Source of the DNA: the human T2T-CHM13v2.0 reference genome, Homo sapiens
Assembly (NCBI RefSeq): GCF_009914755.1
Contig: NC_060946.1
Strand: one strand, 5' to 3'
Length of the DNA: 64,000 bases
Shown here: piece by piece, positions 26,366 to 42,839 of the stretch
Layout: each line of letters begins with the position of its first letter
How positions within the stretch are numbered: position 1 is the stretch's first letter
The notes under the pieces: model-generated
Told to the model about the DNA's origin: nothing
The model's input: the letters and a program-made list of their open reading frames with translations, nothing else
Database searches by the model: none
Program-made: the position numbers and the translations under genes

Positions 26366-28051
26366 CTTTTAGCTATTTTGTAATTTGAGATAACTTTTCA
26401 TTAATTATTATTATTCTGCTGTGTAACAAAAAACAAAAACTTATTTCTCCTATCTAATTGTAACACAATACTTTTGAAGCTGCCTTTTCCCATCTCCCTG
26501 CTTCAGTCTCTGGGAACCCCTGTTGTACTCTTTGCTTCTATCAACCCTTTTTTTCAGGTTCCTCAAATGAGTGAGATAATAAGATCATAAAGTATTTGTG
26601 TTTCTCTATGTGGCTTATTTTACTTAACATGGTATGCTCAAGGTTCATCCATGCTCTTTTAACTGACAGAATTTTATCCTTTCTTATAGCTGAATAGTAT
26701 TTCACTGTGCATATATAGTACATTTTCCTTATCCATTTATCTGTTGCTGTACATTTGAATTGATTCCATATATAAGCTATTATAACTAGTTCTGTAACTA
26801 ACATGGAAATGCAAATATCTTTTTGACACAGTGATATCCTTTCTTTTGTATATACATGCAGGAGTAAAATTGCTGGATCATGTAATACATATATTTTTAA
26901 TTTCTTTCAGAAACCTCCATAGTATTTTCTATAGTGGCCATACTAATTTACAATTCCACCAACAATGTATACATTCACTCATCTTATATCCTCATTAGTA
27001 CTTGTTTTATTTATTTATTTATTTTTATTATAGCCATTCTAAATGGGAGTGAGGCGGTACCTCATTGTGGTTTGGATTTTCATTTCCTTAGTGATTAGTA
27101 ATGTAGAACATATTTTTATGTTCCAGTTAGCCATTTTTGTATCACTTTTTGACAAACATCTATTAAGATCTTTTGCATTTTTTTAATTAGATTATAAGTG
27201 TATTTTATTTTGAGATTTTAAAGTTTCTTATTTATTCTGAATATTAGCCTTTTGTCATATGTATAGCCTGAAAGCATTTTCTTTTATTGCCTAAGCTGTC
27301 TCTTCAATCTTTTAGTTTTTTTAATATGGAAAAGCATTTTAGTTTGACATAATGTTGTTTGCTTATTTTTGATTTTGTTGCCTATGTTTTGACATGTTAT
27401 TTTAATAATCCTTTCCCCGTCGAATGTTATAAAGCATTTTTTAGTTTTTCTCTAATAGTTTCATAATTGATAGCATTACATTTAAGTCTTTAGTTTGAAT
27501 TGATTTTCATATATGGCAAGGCACAGGGGTCTAGTATAATTTTTCTGAATTTAAATATTTAAATGGCCCTGCATCATTTATTGAAGAAATTAGCTTTTCC
27601 CTAAAGTGTGTTCTTGGCAATTTTGTTGACAATCAGTTGGCTTTAGGTGCATAAACTAACTTCTGGGCTTCTTGGGCACATTAGTCTATGTGTTTGTTTT
27701 TATGCCAGTACAGTGCTCTTTTGGTTACTATAGCTTTGTAGCAAGTTTTGAAGTTTGATAAAGTGATGCCTTTAGCTTTGCTTATTTTGCTCAAAGTTAT
27801 TTGTCTATTCAGAGTTTTTTGTGGATCCACATAAATTTAAAATATTTTTTCTATTTCTGTGAAAAAATGTCATTGATATTTTGATAAAAATCACGTTAGT
27901 CTCTAGATCACTTTGGGTAATTAACAGTATTCTTCCAGTGTATAAACACAAGATTTTTTCATTTATTCATTTGTATTTTATATTTTTTATCCATGTTTTG
28001 TCATTTTCAGAGTAGAGATCTTGTACCTTTTAAGTTAAGTTTGTTGCTAGG

Positions 28052-28429
28052 TGTATTAGTCGGGCTCCCTAGAGAGATCACAAGATCTCACAATAGGTTG
28101 TCTGCAAGTTTTAGGAGCAAGGAGAGGCAGTCCACGTCCCAAAGCTGAAGAACTTGGAGTCTGGTGTTTGAGGGCTGGAAACGTCCAGCACAGGAGAAAG
28201 ATGTAGACTGGGAGCTTAGGCCAGTCTCTCCTTTTTACGTTTTCCTGCCTGCTTTATATTCATTGGCAGCTTATTAGATGGCGCTCACCCAATTAAGAGT
28301 GGGCCTCCCTTTCCCAGCCCACTGACTCAAATGTTAATCTCGTTTGTCAACACCCTCACAGGCACACCCAGGATCAATGCTTTCTATCCTCCAATCCAAT
28401 CAATTTGACAGCCAGTATTAACCATCACA
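28052..28429 (-). mobile_element. MLT2A LTR (ERVL)
   Basis: tgtattagtc...tcccaaagctgaagaacttggagtc...cccactgactcaaatgttaatctc...agtattaaccatcaca. Confidence 0.9.
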
Positions 28430-28459
28430 TTAAGTATTTTAATTTTTGTACCTTTTGCT

Positions 28460-28940
28460 TATGCAGAAGAAACGTTGGATGTAATTCAACATTCATTATG
28501 ATGAAAACTCTCAACAAATTAGGAATAGAAGTTATGTTCCTCAACACAATAAAGGCCATTTATGACAAAGCAATGCTAACATTATACTGAATAAGGAAAA
28601 GCTGAAAGCTTTCTCTCTGAGATCCGGAACAAGACTAATCATCCCCACTTTCAGACCTCTTATTCAACATAGTACTGGAAGTCTTAGCCAAGGACATTAT
28701 GCAAGAGGTAGAAATAAACTCATACTAATAGGAAAGGACGAAGTCAAATGGTCTCTGATTGTGGACAAAATAATCTTATATGTGAAAAACTCTAAACACT
28801 ACACCAAAACCTAATAGAACTACTAAACAAATTCTGTAACATTGCAGAAAATCAACAGAGTAGCAGCTTTCTGTATGCTGATAGCAAAATATCTGAAAAA
28901 TAAAGTTTAAAATTCCATTTTAATAACTAACAAAAATTAG
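28460..28940 (+). mobile_element. Inverted L1 ORF2 segment
   Basis: Plus-strand RT-region sequence (KTLNKLGIE..NTIKAIYDK; ctcttattcaacatagtactggaagtc). Confidence 0.85.
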
Positions 28941-28956
28941 TTATTTTGAGTTTATT

Positions 28957-29248
28957 TCTTTATATGAGGTGGAGTCTTTCTCTGTCACCAGGCTGAAGCA
29001 CAGTGGTGTGATCTCCGCTCACTGAAACTCTTGCCTCCCGGGTTCCAGAGATTCTCCTGCCTCAGCCTCCTGAGTGGCTGGAACTATAGGCGTGTGCCAC
29101 CACCGCCAACTAATTTTTGTTTGTATTTTTAGTAGAGACGTGGTTTCCCCATGTTGGCTAGGATGGTCTTGATCTCCTGACCTTGTGATTCACTTGCCTC
29201 AGCCTCCCAAAGTGCTGGGATTACAGGTGTGAGCCACCACACCCGGCC
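28957..29248 (-). mobile_element. AluSc-like
   Basis: Reverse Alu; TSD ttgagtttat. Confidence 0.93.
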
Positions 29249-29657
29249 TTGAGTTTATGTTTTTATTGGTGCAAGGTAAGGTGTAACTTTGTTATTTTTT
29301 CCTTGTAAATTTTTATTATTCTCAATACTGTTTGTTGAAGAGACTGTTCTTTCCTTATTGTGAATTCTTGGAACAGTTTTTAAAAATAAGTTTACTAAAC
29401 CCATGAGGTCTTATGTCCGAACACTCTCATCTGTTTCATCATTCATTTGTCTTTCTGTCAGTACCAAACAGTTTTGATTACTATACCTTTATAGTATGTT
29501 TTGAAATTAGAAAGTATGATGCCTCTATCTTTATATTTTTTTCCCAATATTATTTGGCTGTTTGCAATCACTTGAAATTCCATAAAAATTATAGAATATT
29601 TTAAAACTTCTGCAAAAAGTTTCATTGGTATTTTGATAGAAAGTATATTGAATCAAC

Positions 29658-29966
<309 letters not shown>

Positions 29967-30457
29967 TCAGTAAACCACTTTCAGTAGTAGTGACATGTTA
30001 ACAATATTAAGTCTATAACCTCTTGAACAAGAGTGTGTTTGAGAATTTGTTGTTTAATTTTTACTTATTGTTTGACATGCTAGTGTTTTTAACTTCTTGT
30101 TTTATTGTATCATAGTTAGCAATAATTTTGTAATTCCATCTGCTTAAATTTGCTAAGATTCATTTTTTAACTTAACAGGTGGTCTATCTGGAATATTGTG
30201 GCATGTGTGATTAAAAGTATTGCAGATTCTACTGTTGAGTGGAGAAATATAAATGTGACTGTTAGGTCTAATTGTCCTATCGTGTTGTTGAAATCCTCTG
30301 TTTACTTATCCATCTTATGTTTGTTTTTTAATTTACATTACTAAAAGTCAGATATAAAAGTCATTTACTGTTATCAGGTGCTGGCTACTTCATGTTTCAA
30401 TTCTGTAAAATGTTGCTTCATATGTTTGGGAACTGTGATGTAAGGCACATGCGTTAC

Positions 30458-30555
30458 TGTTGTTGCTTTTATTGTTGTATGTTGTTTTAATGTTTTTGCT
30501 TTTATTGTTGTATGTTGCTTTATTGTTGTTGCTTTTATTGTTGTTGTTTTTATTG
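30458..30555. repeat. Degenerate TTG-rich tandem repeat
   Basis: Repeated ttgcttttattgttgt units. Confidence 0.8.
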
Positions 30556-30847
30556 TCCTTTTCCTCTTGTCTCTTGAGGAAGTTTTTGAAATAATATGTA
30601 TTTTGTCTACCATGACAGTATTTGATTTTGCATTTAATATTTTTTATTATTCTTTCATGTACAGGTTATATGTGTTCCAGATCATAATTTGGTTATTTGT
30701 AGGAAGCAGAGAGTTGAATCTTGTTTCATGAATTTATTTAGTGAAAGTATGTTTTTGATTGACATAATTGATTTATATAAAAAAATTACTAAAAGGGAAT
30801 GATTTTGTATTGCATTTTGTTTCTTTTTTGTTTTAGGTCCTGCAGCA

Positions 30848-31157
30848 TTTTTTTTTTTTTTTTGAGACGGAGTCTCTCTCTGTCGCCCAGGTTGGAGTGC
30901 AGTGGTGAGATCTTGGCTCAAAGTAAGCTCCGCCTCCCGGGTTCATGCCATTCTCCTGTCTCAGATTCCCCAGCAGCTGGGATTGCCGGAGCCTGCCACC
31001 ACGCCCGGCTATTTTTTTTTTTTTTTTTTTTTTTTTTGGTAGAGACGTGGTTTCACCGTGTTAGCCAGGATGGGCTCGATCTCCTGACCTCGTTGATCCA
31101 CCCACCTCGGCCTCCCAAATTGCTAGGATTACAAGCGTGAGCCACCGCCCCTGGCCG
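30848..31157 (-). mobile_element. AluY
   Basis: aagctccgcctcccgggttcatgccattctcc; TSD ggtcctg(c/t)agc. Confidence 0.95.
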
Positions 31158-31299
31158 GTCCTGTAGCTATTTCGTTCCTGTTTTTCTCTCTTGTTCTCTT
31201 TCTTAGTGTACTATTGATTTTTGTAGTGACATGTTTTAATTCTTTTCTCACTACTCTCTGTGTGTGTATGTCTTTCTGTGTGTGTACTATAGGTATTTC

Positions 31300-31525
31300 C
31301 TTTTTTTTTTTGACAGGGTCTTGCTCTGTCACCCAGGCTGGAGTGCAGTGGCACAATCTCTGCTTACTCAAGCTCTGCCTCTCAGGCTCAACTCAAACAA
31401 TCCTCCCACCACAGCCTTCTGAGTACCTGGGACCACAGATGTGCACCACTACTCCTGGCTAACAGTTGTTATTTTGCATAGAGACAGGGTTTTTCCATGT
31501 TACCCAGACTAGTCTCAAAATCCTA
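31300..31525 (-). mobile_element. AluJ (partial)
   Basis: gacagggtcttgctctgtcacccaggctggagtgcagtggc. Confidence 0.85.
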
Positions 31526-32659
31526 AGAACTGTAGGTATTTTCTTTGTTGTTACTATAGATATTACCAAGAATAACTACTATTACATATAAAACCCTGCC
31601 TCTTTATGGCTCCCTATGTGTTTTATTGATGTCACAAATTATATCATTTTGTGTTGTGAATCTGTTGGCACAGATTTATAGTCATTTTTAAGTCTTTGTT
31701 GTCTCAAATATATAACAGAATTAAAGTATTCTGTGCATCTTCATTATAATTACAAAGAATATTATGATTGTGTACATAATTTTCTCTATTAGAAAATGTC
31801 ATATTTTACATAATTTTGTGTTGCTCTCATCATTATTTCATTTTTTAATGTGAATGACTATTTAGCATTTTTTAAGACAGGCCTAGTGGGTATAAATTTA
31901 TACAGTTTTTGTTGATCTTGAATATTCTTTATTTTTATTTTTTAATTCATTTGAAATGATAGTTTTGGCAGACATAGTGTTCTTGGCTGGTACTTGCCAT
32001 TTTTTCAGCACTTTGAGTATGTCATCCTACAACCTCTTACCTGTAAGTTTTTTTGCTGAGACATCTGCTGGTCATCCTGCAGGGGTAAACTTGTACATGC
32101 TAAGTCACTTTTTTCTTGCTGACTTCAAGATTCTCGGTGTTTTAACTTTTGAATCTCTGATTATAATGTGTCTTGTCATGGGTCTCCCTGTGTTGTTACT
32201 AGTTACAGTTGGTAAAGTTTCATTAAATTTTAGGTCATTTTCTCCCTCAAATTCTGAGTTCTCTGTCACTGTTTGTTTCTTGAAATAATTTTGCTGCTCT
32301 CTTTTCTCTTTTTATTTTAGAATTCCCATTATGAGTATATTGGCCATCTTAATGGTATCCTATAATTCCCTTAGGCTCTCTTAATTTTTTAAATTATTTT
32401 TAGCCTCCTCACCCTATAATTTCAAATGACTTCTTATGAGGCTTGCTGTATTTTTTCCTGCTAGATCAAACCTGTTGTTGGACTTTCTAGTGAATCTCTA
32501 AACTCAGGTATTTTACTTTTCAGCTCTACACTTTGTTTCTATTTTGCACTTTTAATCACTTCTTTGATAATCTCATTATCTTCATGCATTGTTTTCTTTT
32601 TCTGTTTAGTTTTCTATATTCTTCTTTAGCTGACTGAGCATCTTTAAGCTAGGTGTTTT

Positions 32660-33265
32660 AGCCAGGCACAGTGACACGTGCATGTGACTCCAGCTACTTT
32701 GAAAGCTAAGGCAAGAGGGCTACTGTATTAATCCATTATCATGCTGATAATAAGGACATAAACAAGACTACGTAATTTATCATGAAAAAAGTTTTAATGG
32801 CCTCTCAGTTTCACATGGTTAGGGAGGTCTCACCATTATTGGAACAAGCAAGAGACTGTTCAGGGGAACCTCCACTTATAAAACCATCAGATCACATGAG
32901 ACTTATTTGTTATCATGAGAACAGCATGGGAAAATCCCACCCCCATGATTCAATTACCTCCCACAGGGTCCCTCCCAGGACATGTGGGGATTATTACAAT
33001 TTAAGATGAGATTTGATTGGGGACACAGAGCCAAACCCTGTCAATTACTTAAATCCAGGAGTTTGACACTACCCCGGGCAATATTGTGACAAGCTATTGG
33101 TAAAAAATATTTTCCCAGATTACTCAGGCATTGTGGAATGTTCCTGTAGTCTCAGGAAGTTGGAGGCTGACGTAAGATTATTCCTTGAGTTCCCCAGGAA
33201 CTTGAGGCTGCATTGAGCTATAATCATGGTATTGTATTCCTGTCTGGGTGAGAGAGTAAGACCTC
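32660..33265 (+). mobile_element. Old Alu (AluJ-like) split by a THE1 LTR
   Basis: Left part agccaggcacagtgac...aggcaagagg resumes after the LTR as ttacttaaatccaggagtttga and continues to the right arm. Confidence 0.7.
32724..33043 (-). mobile_element. THE1 LTR (MaLR)
   Basis: tgtattaatccattatcatgctgataataaggacata...cttataaaaccatcagatc...ggggacacagagccaaaccctgtca. Confidence 0.9.
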
Positions 33266-33269
33266 TTTT

Positions 33270-35150
<1,881 letters not shown>

Positions 35151-35189
35151 AATGATTTAAAGCTATTTTTTCTTAAAAGAGAAACAATT

Positions 35190-35510
35190 CCAGGTATGGT
35201 AGCTTGTGCCAGCACTTTCAGACTGAAGCAGTCGGATTGCCTGAGACCAGGAGTTTGAGACCAGCCGAGGCAACACAGCAACATACTGTTTGTACAAATT
35301 TTTTTAAAGAAACTATACAGGAGGGGTAATGTGCACAACTGTGGTCATATTTACTCAGGAGACATAGGTGGCATGACTGCTTGACTTCCGAAATTTGAGG
35401 TTACAGTGAGCTGTGATTCCACCAGTGTACTCTGTCCCAGGAGATAAAGTAAGATCCTCTGCATAAAATGAAAAAGTAAAGAAAAATAAAAAGATTTTAA
35501 GTTAAAAAAA
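35190..35510 (+). mobile_element. AluJ (diverged)
   Basis: ccaggagtttgagaccagcc...gaggttacagtgagctgtgat. Confidence 0.8.
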
Positions 35511-36341
35511 AATTCCTAGATCTCCACTTCTTTAGGTTCACTTGAATATATATTTTTCTCCTTTGATTGGGTTATATTTCCTGGTAGCTTTTACTTACTG
35601 TAGTTTTGTTAAGGTTTTGATCAATTAAGAAACCACTACCTATTTTATCCTTTATGAAAGAGCTTTATACATGGGAAAATTGACAACATTCAGCCACAGT
35701 AGTCATACTGGGAGCTTCTCCAATCTGTTGTCAAAATGTGTCTTCTTTGGACTACTGTATGTATTTTCTTGTTAATAAGGTTTACCTCTGTTTCCTCTTA
35801 GGAGCCTTTAGTCTCTTCCCTTCGTCACTGTTGTAGGCACTACAGTCTCTGTTGTTGTAAGAAGCATTTATCTTTATTCTCAGTTGACCCAAGCTGTCAT
35901 TTAAACTCAGTCTCTATTCTCATCAACACTAAATGTTAAAGGAAGCAATTTCCAGTCTTTAGATAACCCCGGTATAACTCAGTAAGTCAGAAGTTTGCAT
36001 ACGCATTTCACTCTTTTTTCTTTCCCAAAGGAGAATCATGGAATGGACAGATTTTTATCTAACTGCGCTGTTCTGTAGTGCACAAATGTGACCAAATTTT
36101 CTTCTAAATGTGGTTATGGTTGGCTTTTTTCTCATGTAGGGTGCTACAAACTCAACTGGCTTTGTTCACCCAATTGTAGTTAAGTTCACATGTCAATGGA
36201 GAGAAACAGGATCTCAGGTTCTGCTTCAACTGTCGTTGTCTTCTCAGCTGACCTCATTTTGTACATTAGATTTATAAAATATATTTACTTTAATCTCATC
36301 ACCGAATTTTTAAAAAAATTATTATTTTTCAGCTCTTTTAG

Positions 36342-36705
36342 CAATATATCCAATCAAGACCCAGAGAAAACAGTACATAGAAGCTTCTTTTCAAAAAGTA
36401 ATATTGGGAAGATATGGGAGCTCTGGCCTTGAACTTTTACACTTAGGAGAGTGGGAAATTGAAGGATAAGTGTAAACGGCACAAAGTATGCTATGATGAA
36501 TATACCAGATACACAGCAATTACCTACAGCAAAAATGTCACTGCTAGAAGAGCTCAAAACCATAAAGTATTTTGGAAAAAGCATAATTAATGTTGATTCT
36601 TTTTTCTGAACTATATATTTATATAATTACATACCAATAACAATTTTTGAAACATATCATGTTTTTGAAACAAAATTTAGAAAATCGCAATAGTGGCCTA
36701 GGCCA
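36342..36705 (+). pseudogene. Start of a KRAB-ZNF terminal (linker) exon, truncated before any finger
   Basis: Acceptor ctcttttag then AIYPIKTQRKQYIEASFQKVILGRYGSSGLELLHLGEW, and frameshifted KCKRHKVCYDEY..TYSKNVTARRAQ; resembles the SFQKVILRRYG linker motif of KRAB-ZNFs; abuts L1. Confidence 0.8.
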
Positions 36706-36709
36706 GGAA

Positions 36710-39700
36710 TATTTCTTCTAATGCTATCCCTCCCATAGTCCCCCACTTCCCGACAGGCTCCAGTGTGTGATGTTCCCCTTCCTGTGTCCGTGTGTTCTCT
36801 TTGTTTAACTCCCTATTATGAGTGAGAACATGCGATGTTAGCTTTTCTAATCTTGTGTTAGTTTGCTGAGAATGGTGGTTTCCAGCTTCATCCATGTCCC
36901 TGCAAAGGACATGAACTCATCCTTTTTATGACTGCATCGTATTCCATGATGTGGACATGCCAAGTTTTCTTTATTCAGTCTATCATTGATGGTCATTTGG
37001 TTTGTTTCAAAGTTTTTGCTCTTGTGAACAGTGCCGTAATAAACATACGTATGCATGTATCTTTATAATAGAATAATTTATAATCCTTTGGGTATATACC
37101 CAGTAATGTGATTGCTGGGTCAAATGGTATTTCTCATTGTGGATCCTTGAGGAATCACCACACTGTCTTCCACACTGGTTGAACTAATTTACTCTCTCAC
37201 CAACAGTGTATAAGTCTTCCTATTTTTCCACATCCTTTGTTGTTTCCTGATTTTTTTAATGATCACCATTCTAACAGGTGTGGGATGGTTTCTCATTGTG
37301 TTTTTGATTTGCATGTGTCTAATAACCAGTGATGATGTCCTTTTCTTCATTTGTTTATTGGCTGCATAAATGTCTCCTTTTGAGAAGTGTCTGTTCAAAT
37401 CCTTTGCCCATTTTCGATGTTGTTGTTTCTTTTTTTCTTGTAAATTTGTTTAAGTTCTTTGTAGATTCTACATATCAGCCCATTGTCAGATGGATAGATT
37501 GCAGAAATTTTCTCCCATTCTTTAGGTTGCCTGTTCACTCTGATATAGTTTTTTTTGTTGTGCAGAAGCTCTTTAGTTTAATTATATCTCGTTTGTCAAT
37601 TTTGGCTTTTGTTGCCATTGTTTTTGGTGTTGTAGTCATGAAGTCTTTGCCCATGCCTATGTCCTGAATGGTACTGCCTTGGTTTTCTTCTGGGGTTTTT
37701 ATGGTTTTAAGTCTTATGTTTAAGTCTTTAATCCATCTTCAGTTATGTTTTGTATAACGAGTAAGGAAGAAGTCCAGTTTCAGTTTTTTGCATATGGCTA
37801 GCTAGTTTTCCAACAGCATTTATTAAATAGGGAATCCTTTCCCCATTACTTGTTTTTGTCAGGTTCATCAAAGATCAGATGATTCTAGATGTTGAGTGTT
37901 ATTTCTGAGGCCTCTGTTCTGTTCCATTTGTCAATATATCTGTTTTGGTACGAGTACCATCCTGTCTTGGTTACTGTGGCCTTTTAGTATAGTTTGAAGA
38001 CAGCTAGCATGATGCCTCCACCTTTGTTATTTTTGCTTAGTATTGTCTTGTCTATGCAAGACCTTTTTTGATTCCATATGAAATTTGAAGTAGTTTTTTT
38101 TCTAATTCTGTGAAGAAAGTCAATGGGAGCTTGATGGGGATAGCAATGAATTTATAAATTACTTTGGGCAATATGGCCATTTTCATAATATTGATTCTTC
38201 CTATCCATGAGCATGGATTGTTTTCGTTTGTTTTTGTCCTCTTTCATTTCCTTGAGCAGTGGTTTGTAGTTCTCCTTGAAGTGGTCCTTTACATCATTTT
38301 TAAGTTGGATTCCTAGGTATTTTATTCCCTTTGTAGCAATTGTGAATGAGAGTTAACACATGATTTGGCTCTCTGTTTGCCTATTATTGCGTATAGGAAT
38401 GCTTGTGATTTTTGAACATTGATTTTGTATCCTGAGACTTTGCTGAAGTTGCTTATCAGTTTAAGGAAATTTTGGGCTGAGATGGTAGGATTTTCTAGAT
38501 ATACAATCATGCCATCTGCAAACAAAGACAATTTGACTTCTTCTCTTCCTATCTGAATACGCTTTATTTCTTTCTTTCTTTGGCTGATTGCCAGAACTTC
38601 CAATACTATAATGAATAGGAGTGGGGAGAAAGGGTGTTCTTGTCTTGTGCAGGTTTTCAAAGGGAATGCTTCCAGTTTTTGCCCATTCAGTATGATATTA
38701 GCTGTGCATTTGTCATAAATAACTCTTATTATGTTGAGATAGGTTCCATCAATACATAATTCATTGAGAGTTTTTACCATGAAGAGGTGTGGAATTTTAT
38801 TGAAGGTCTTTTTTGCATCTATTGAGATAATCATGTGGTTTTTGTCATTAGTTCTGTTTATGTGATGGATTTTATTTATTGATTTGCATATGTTGAACCA
38901 GCTTTGTACCCCAGGGATTAAGCTGACTAGATCGTGGTGGATAAGCTTTTTGATGTGCTGCTGGATTCGGTTTGCCAGTATTTTATTGAGGATTTTCGCA
39001 TCGATATTCATCAGGGATATGGGCCTGAAATTTTCTTTTTCTGGTGTGTCTTTGCCAGGTTTTGGTTTCAGGATGATGCTGGCCACATAAAATGAATTAG
39101 GGAGGAGTACCTCTTTTTCTATTGTTTGAAATAATTTCAGAAGGAATGGTACCAGCTCCTCTTTGTACCTTTGGTAGAATTCGGCTGTGAATCCGTCTGG
39201 TCCTGGACTTCATTTTGTTGGTAGGCTACTAATTACTGCCTCAATTTTAGAACTTGTTATTGGCCTATTCAAGGATTCGACTTCCTACTGGTTTGCACTT
39301 GGGAGGGTATATGTGTCCAGGAATTTATCCATTTCATCTAGATTTTCTAGTTAATTTGCAAAGAGGTATTTATAATATTCTGTAATGATACTTTTTATTT
39401 CTGTGGGATCAATGGTTATATCCCCTTTATCATTTCCTATTGCATGTATTTGATTCTTCTCTTCTTCCTTATTAGTCTGGCTAGAAGTTTATTTATTTTC
39501 TTGATCTTTTAAAAAAACCAGCTCCTGGATTCATTGATTTTTTGGACGGGCTTTTTGTGTCTCTATCTCCTTCAGTTCTGCTCTGATCTTAAATCTTGTC
39601 TTCTGCTAGTTTTTGAATTTGTTTGCTCTTGCTTCCTTAGTTTTTTTAATTGTGATGTTACGGTGTCGATTTTAGACATTTTTCTGCTTTCTCTTGTGGG

Positions 39701-39745
39701 GATTTAGTGCTGTAAATTTCCCTTTCAGACTACTTTAGCTGTGTC
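36710..39745 (-). mobile_element. L1PA (approx. L1PA5-7), truncated at both ends
   Basis: ORF 38322-39086 is L1 ORF2 RT ([29 protein letters not shown]; FADG replacing FADD). Confidence 0.97.
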
Positions 39746-42034
39746 GTATTTTACTTTTTAAGCCCTCAATCTTTCTTTTTCATCATGATAGTCTTTACTG
39801 TTTTATGTTTATGTAATGTAAAATTGACTACACAATTTTTACAAAGATTTTATGAAAATATTTTATTGAGAATGTACAAACCTGTCAGTCAATTAGAGGA
39901 GAAGTTACACTGTCGTAATAAATAGCCACAAAGCAAAACCCCAAAAGACATCTAAATCAGAATAAAACAAAACATTTTAACAAAAACAAAAAGAACAAAC
40001 TGGCAACAAATATGTGAAGTTTATATTACAAAGATGCTCACTTATCCACTCTAAAGAGAGCTTTTAGAATTTGATTTAAAATACGGCAAAGACATTATCC
40101 CACACTTCACAGAAAAAATAAATTTAAGCAGCTGTTAACACATGAATGTATTATCAAGCTCAGATATAATCAAAATTAAATATTTGATAAGAGATTCTAC
40201 AGTTTGGGAGAAATAGAAGTGTTTTTTTCTTTTCCCCAGGCCCACAAGTCTAGTTTCTTGCTCTTCTTCACTATAATGGGGTTTGTCATCAGCTCCCCGA
40301 AATATGGGAAGCACAGAGCAGGTGGTGGCTGAAGGTGGGGTATCCTGTGAAACCATATTTAAGATCAGAGCCCTTGGTCCATTGTGTTGTAATCAGCTGG
40401 CTCAGGAAAGAACACCTGGCTGTCCAGAGCTCTACACCTACTGCACTGGGTGTGACAGGAGGCCTGAGAACCCATGGGTCCCAAACCCACCCCACTCCAA
40501 ATTATCATCCAGTATTGAGAACTCTGACACCAAATTCTCACAGAGCATACGTTTATGCAGTTTTACATTTAATTTCTCATTACATTACAATTGGGAAACT
40601 GAGGCCCCAGAAGAGGCAGAGACTGGTCCAGATCTCAGGAGGTGGGCAGGCTCCAGAGCATTAGAGAGGGCTCCAGCTTCCTAGGCCTTGGCACCGTCCC
40701 ACTTATCAGGTTTGTTTTCGAAATTAGAGTCTGTAGCTACACATTCAGGAGCACAGAAAATGAGCAGATTCAGGGTTCTGTTCACATGGGGTCCTCTCCA
40801 TGTCAGTTTCAAGATAACAGGACTGGGGTTCTGCATCCAGCTCTGAGGGCAACTGGAAGTAAAATGAGCTATGCTCCACCTCAGCCTAATGTAGACAGTG
40901 CCTACAGGAAAGCCTGTTTTCTTCCTCATAAATAGGGGTGCCTGAAGTGGGTGACCTTGATGATTTCACATACTCATAAGTGTCTGCCAGCCTGGATTCT
41001 TGCTCTGAGACTGCAAAAATGCACCCACTCTGCAGATCCTTCAAATCAGAGGGAGGCATGGCCACTTGAGAGGCATCTTGGGTAGATGAAGATGAGACAG
41101 AGTTAAATGTGCCAGAGCACTGGACTCTGAGGCTGAGGTCCACGGAAAATCTCAGCTACTGTTGCGTTCTTAAGGTCCTCATTTGAAAGTGGTAGAAAAT
41201 AATTTCACTGGATAAGGGGAGGATACCTCATGAGTAAGTAGCACAACCAAAAAGGTGGAGGCAAAGAGAGGGCAAAACGGGATTCCTAGGTCACTCATTA
41301 TACTTGGGGCCTTCAGATCCTGCTACTTTATCCCCTAGGACCTTGAAGAACCAGTGTCTTGAGGACAGAAAAATCAAGGTATCAGATTTGTTCAGTAGTG
41401 CTCCTGCTTGGGGCTGTAGGGTTAGTGATGGCCAGGAGGTGGTTACAGCCTACTGTGTTTCTGGTGCCCACTGAGCTTTGCTGGAGCAGCTGGAACAAGT
41501 AACAGTCACACACCTCATGTTGTTATCAGTGATGTCCACATTATCATGTGGTCAAAAGGGGAAGGGATATTAGGGATCCCCCATATAATCACTTAGCCAG
41601 TCTTTTTTCCCTTGCGCTCACCATTTGCCAGCGACCCTGGTGGGTCCAACATGTGGTACAGAAAATTATTACATGATGTCTGCACCCCCCAACCCAGGAC
41701 CAAACAGTCTGAGGACCGCTGGACAAAAGCACTAAAGCAAGTATATGTGAAAGAAAAGAGCAAGGACTATAATATAAAGTAGATTATTGAGAAGAAAACC
41801 TGGAAAATTATTGCATGGGAGGACCTCAGGCGTCACTGAGGTGACTTTTAATCCATGATGAGGATGACAGCAGGGAGGCACCTGCACAAGCATGTGTCAG
41901 GGAGAAGCCACCCTTAGTGAAAAAACTCATAGGTGTGAGTTTGGCAGAGGTAAAAAGGGACTAATTTGGCTGCAGACAGCCTGAGAAAGAGATAAGCAGA
42001 GGGATGGAGAATCCTAGGGCCTGGGAGATGAGGT

Positions 42035-42380
42035 TAGATATCTGCTCCTTTCTGACAACATTGCCCTAAAAGTCAGCACTTTTCAACAACATATAATATC
42101 TCATAATGTGTGTGGACCAGAATCTGGACACAGTTCAGCTGGCTACCTCTGCCTTCAGGTCTTTTATGAGACTGAGGGCTGTGGTCTTAACTGAAGCTGG
42201 ACTGGGAAAGCATGAGCCTTTAAGCTGACTCATGTGAAAATTGACAGGGTTTAGTGTGGACAGAGAGCCTGACTTTCCTTCTCTCTACTCGTCTGAGCAC
42301 CGCCTCACCCTTTGTTATGTGGGTCTCTACATGGAGCATCTCATAGCATTGGAGCTTGCTTCCTGTGTTTGAGGAATACA
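42035..42380. mobile_element. MLT1-type LTR remnant
   Basis: tctcataatgtgtgtggaccagaatctggacacagttcagctgg. Confidence 0.55.
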
Positions 42381-42487
42381 ATAGACAGAATTAGACAAAA
42401 AGGTTTACACAAAAAGAGACAGAAAGATCAAGGGCGCAAACGAGAAAAACCCAGTAGGAGAAAAATTAGAGCTTTAAAAACATCTTG

Positions 42488-42813
<326 letters not shown>

Positions 42814-42839
42814 ACTTGAGAGTTACTATAATTTTTCTT

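Larger units (their letters stand above)
25905..28450 (-). mobile_element. L1MA-type element, 3' portion
   Basis: Reverse L1MA 3'UTR (ttgtggtgagaacattcaaa, ttgctggatcatgt) and ORF2. Confidence 0.85.

Noticed and set aside
38322-39086. 254-aa reverse-transcriptase-like ORF, the longest in the window
   Set aside because: Fragment of a truncated L1PA ORF2 with a mutated catalytic motif (FADG) and a frameshifted end; not a novel RT system
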